A stretch of DNA of 24,000 nt. Origin: Methanobacteriota archaeon. Lineage in GTDB: Archaea > Thermoplasmatota > Thermoplasmata > SG8-5. Location of the stretch: the NCBI GenBank assembly GCA_013791785.1, contig VMTD01000001.1, positions 1 to 24,000 of the forward strand, in the 5' to 3' direction. Each line of letters starts with the position of its first letter. Positions within the stretch are counted from its first letter, which is position 1. This document shows positions 21,080 through 24,000 of the stretch, in pieces. Under the pieces are notes generated by a model. The model did not search any database, was not told the DNA's origin, and worked only from the letters and a program-made list of their open reading frames with translations. Position numbers and translations under genes: made by a program.

Positions 21080-23170
21080 TTAAAAACCGGGGGGTTCCCG
21101 GCCTTTATCACTAAACGCACTGTCCAATTCGTGTAGCACTGCTTCTGCCAGTGCTGCATTTTTCCCGTTGCCTTTTCCCCTGTAAGCACGAATCTTTCCG
21201 GCCCAGGCCCACACATAATCCGGGTCCAGGCCTATGGCTGTGTCGAAGCACATTATGGCCTCGTGGAACTGCCCGGCCCCCAGGTGTGCCATCCCTTTTC
21301 CGTACCATGTAGGCAATGATTCCGGGTCAGATTCCAGAGATTTTGAATAACTCTCGATTGCATCGGAATATCTGTGAAATTTCAATTGTACTTCGCCGCG
21401 TGAACGGAATATACCGGCATCGGGATTCGGCATGGCAAGGCATGCCAGGGCTTTCGCTTCCTTACCCATGTCACCCAGAATTTCGGCCCGGAACATGTTC
21501 ACCAGATTTGGTGCACCCATCATTTCGGATTTCTCCAGCTCGATCAGCGCCTTTGACTGTTCGGACCGGCCCATGAAGGCCCTGGCCCTCAGGTAGTGTA
21601 TCTCCCACCCCACCATGTCCTCGGCGGCCAGGATGTCCAGCCACTTGACAAGTTCATCGAACATGCCCATCTTGAGCAATAATCTGGCTTTGGTCATCTT
21701 CTGTTCTTTGGTATGTTCCTTCCCGATGACATTGATGCAGCACACACCCAGTTCATTGTAACGTTTCAGGGTGTCCATCAGCTCGGTGCCCAGATGAAGA
21801 GAATCCTTGTGCGTCGGGTTCCTGACCAGTATCTCGTTCAACGTGGCCAGGGCGCGATCGTAACAGTAGGCGGATTCCTCGTAACGGCCCAGCACCTCGA
21901 ACATCTCACCCCTGAAATGCCACGCTTCATCGAATGCAGGATTGAGCAGCAGCGCGTTGTTGGTTGCGTCCAGCGCCTCTTCGTAGCGACCCAGCCACCC
22001 CAGCACCTTGCCCTTGGCCAGCCATGAATGGTCATAGTTCGGGTTGAGGTCCAGGGATTGCTCAATGTACTCCAGGCCGTTCTCCATGTCGCCGAGCTTG
22101 GCCATGCCGTAGCCCTTGGCATACAGCGCATAATCGAAATCGGGCTTCAGTTCAAGAGATTTGTCGTGGTATTTCTGGGCTTCCGCATACTTGCCCATCT
22201 TGTCGTATGCATTGCCGATATTGTTCCATGCTATTTCGTAGCTCGGGCAGACCTCGATGGCCGTCTCGAAGTATGGTATGGATGTATCCCACTTGTCCAG
22301 GTTGTAATGCGCATTCCCGATATTGTTGAGAAGCACCTCGTCAACAGTGTCCAGCTTCAGCGCTGCCTCGTAACTCTCGATGGCGTCCTCCAGCATGCCC
22401 ATGTTGTGGAAAGTGTACCCTCTGTTGTACAGCGCCTGCTTGTTTATTGGCTGTATGGCAATGGCATTGTCATAGCACCTTATGGCCTCGGCCTGCATCC
22501 CCAGCATGAACATGGCAAGACCCTTGTTGTTCCAGGCCTCGGTGTTTTCCGGGTTCGCTGCAATGGCACCCTCGAAATGCTCTATTGCTTCCTCAAACTC
22601 CTCCATTGAATACAGAATGTTGCCCATGGAATTGAGGGCCAGTTCGTTCTCCGGTTCCATGTCAAGAATTGCTTGGAGCATGTCCAGGGCGCGTTCGGAA
22701 AGGCCCTTGGAACTCAGCAGGGCGGCGTATTGCAGGCGCACGGCTGTTTCGTCGTTATCGGTCTCCAGCAATTTGTCATACGAGCGAAATGCGTCCTTCC
22801 AGCGGCCCATCTGCGCCAGAATGAGAGCGCGTTCAAAATGTACGTCCAGATTTTCGGGCTGCGATTCGAGAATCCGGTCCAGCGTTGCCAGGGCGTCCCC
22901 GGGCCTGTTCAGGAACATATAGGTGTTGGCCATGTTGTAGTACGGTGTTTCGTAATAAGGGTCCAGCTTGATTGCGTGCCTGTACATCTCCAGCGCCCTT
23001 GTGTGCTCGCCCATGGCATCAAGGCATACACCGAAATCGTTGCGGATGATCGGATCATCCGGGTTATCGCGAACAGCAATCTCAAAGTATCTGGCCGCAT
23101 CCTCGTATCTCTGACAGTTCGCCAGGTAATTGGCCTTCAGGTGGGTCTCATCTTCCTTTCCGGAGTTCAT
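21080..23170 (-). CDS. Tetratricopeptide-repeat (TPR) protein, about 697 aa
   Basis: The 34-aa TPR periodicity runs along the entire ORF (repeated W..G.A...G.Y.EA...Y..AL...P patterns). The ATG is at 23170; the track start at 23179 is a TTG. It begins 31 nt after the stop of the upstream deacetylase gene. Confidence 0.9.
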   Translation of the reverse strand: MNSGKEDETHLKANYLANCQRYEDAARYFEIAVRDNPDDPIIRNDFGVCLDAMGEHTRALEMYRHAIKLDPYYETPYYNMANTYMFLNRPGDALATLDRILESQPENLDVHFERALILAQMGRWKDAFRSYDKLLETDNDETAVRLQYAALLSSKGLSERALDMLQAILDMEPENELALNSMGNILYSMEEFEEAIEHFEGAIAANPENTEAWNNKGLAMFMLGMQAEAIRCYDNAIAIQPINKQALYNRGYTFHNMGMLEDAIESYEAALKLDTVDEVLLNNIGNAHYNLDKWDTSIPYFETAIEVCPSYEIAWNNIGNAYDKMGKYAEAQKYHDKSLELKPDFDYALYAKGYGMAKLGDMENGLEYIEQSLDLNPNYDHSWLAKGKVLGWLGRYEEALDATNNALLLNPAFDEAWHFRGEMFEVLGRYEESAYCYDRALATLNEILVRNPTHKDSLHLGTELMDTLKRYNELGVCCINVIGKEHTKEQKMTKARLLLKMGMFDELVKWLDILAAEDMVGWEIHYLRARAFMGRSEQSKALIELEKSEMMGAPNLVNMFRAEILGDMGKEAKALACLAMPNPDAGIFRSRGEVQLKFHRYSDAIESYSKSLESDPESLPTWYGKGMAHLGAGQFHEAIMCFDTAIGLDPDYVWAWAGKIRAYRGKGNGKNAALAEAVLHELDSAFSDKGREPPGF

Positions 23171-23201
23171 TGTACCCAAAAAGGCATATCAAGTAAAAAA
23201 A

Positions 23202-24000
23202 CTATCCGTTGTGATTTTCAATCTTTCCGGAAAGAATTTTTTCCTGGTTGAACTCATAGTAATCATCCAGGACATCTATGAGTTCGAGCATCTTGTTCTC
23301 CAGTATCGAACGGGTCTTGACATTCCTGGTGATGATATTGCTGAGGCCGTCCATCTTGTCGTCGTAGGGTGCCGGCTCATCCAGGAGCGAGTAGACTATG
23401 GTATGTGCAAGATTCACATTTTCAACGGAATTATATCCGCCCTCCAGCACCATGCATAACTTACCACGGTTCATCTTCTTCAGGCGCTTCACGAACTCAT
23501 AATAGCCGTTCGAGGTGAGCTGGAGATTTGACTGGCTGTCCGTGTAATGGGCATCGAAGCCCACCAGGCACATGACATAGTCCGGGGCATAGCTCTTGAA
23601 CACCGGTCGAATGATATTTTCCAATATCATGAGGTATTCATCGTCTCCAGCGCCCTCTGGCACCTCCACATTAATGTTGTAACCACGGCCTTTGCCCTTC
23701 CCTATCTGGTGAATGAAACCGTCATGCGGGTAAAAGTCATGCGGGTCCCTGTGCACCGACAGATTCAAGACAGAAGGATCCTCATAGAAAATTCGCATTG
23801 TGCCGTTTCCTGCATGTGCATCGATGTCCACAACCAATATTTTGCTGGCCAATCCCTTGCTCTGAAGGTATCGCGCTGCGACCGCTGCGTTGTTGAATAT
23901 GCAATAACCTCCGAATTTATCCATGCTGGCATGGTGGCCCGGCGGCCTCACAATTGCGAAAGCGGTGTCCAGTTCTCCGGATGCCACGAGACGGTTGGCC
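23202..24000 (-). CDS. Histone deacetylase / acetoin-utilization (AcuC) / acetylpolyamine amidohydrolase family protein, N-terminus beyond the window
   Basis: Family motifs RPPGHHA, VVDIDAHAGNGT, GFDAH and LEGGY. The reading frame stays open to the window edge, and the first motif normally lies about 130 residues into such proteins, so the gene is truncated by the window. Confidence 0.9.
   Translation of the reverse strand, partial: ANRLVASGELDTAFAIVRPPGHHASMDKFGGYCIFNNAAVAARYLQSKGLASKILVVDIDAHAGNGTMRIFYEDPSVLNLSVHRDPHDFYPHDGFIHQIGKGKGRGYNINVEVPEGAGDDEYLMILENIIRPVFKSYAPDYVMCLVGFDAHYTDSQSNLQLTSNGYYEFVKRLKKMNRGKLCMVLEGGYNSVENVNLAHTIVYSLLDEPAPYDDKMDGLSNIITRNVKTRSILENKMLELIDVLDDYYEFNQEKILSGKIENHNG

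Overview
This window looks like an archaeal chromosome segment. A class I lysyl-tRNA synthetase, a GfcR/PyrE-like regulator and KaiC-like ATPases are present. TATA-like boxes sit about 25-28 nt upstream of several start codons, which implies leaderless mRNAs. The tRNA-Gln has an A1:U72 pair and no encoded CCA. I cannot assign a lineage from sequence alone.

Core genes, left to right:
- a MarC-family membrane protein
- two small hypothetical genes
- a 954-aa secreted amidase/SH3b/GH18 multidomain protein
- a bacterial-type glutaminyl-tRNA synthetase
- nikR, divergent from a CbiM / PDGLE-protein / CbiQ / CbiO ECF metal (probably nickel) importer
- tRNA-Gln(CUG)
- class I LysRS
- a GfcR-like regulator
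- a single-domain KaiC-like ATPase
- an internally duplicated wHTH regulator
- a 697-aa TPR protein
- a histone-deacetylase-family gene, truncated at the window end

The most unusual part is about 9.7-16.3 kb, between tRNA-Gln and lysS. Two minus-strand accessory gene modules sit there. One is an AbiEi/AbiEii toxin-antitoxin pair plus a small Cys protein. The other is a polytopic beta-helix membrane protein plus an AAA/DUF4143 ATPase. They are bracketed and separated by a non-coding structured repeat of about 430 bp, present as 2 full and 2 partial copies. The repeat has imperfect terminal inverted repeats and GC-rich hairpins with CTCACA/TGTGAG loops. These hairpins show compensatory substitutions between copies. 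A separate 21-nt exact motif recurs just 3' of the cassette genes.

Other points worth a second look:
- a GlnRS in an archaeal context
- a peptidoglycan-hydrolase-like secreted enzyme
- a KaiC-like protein with a degenerate P-loop
- a compact orphan transcription unit with micro-ORFs next to a roughly 200-bp AT-rich tract
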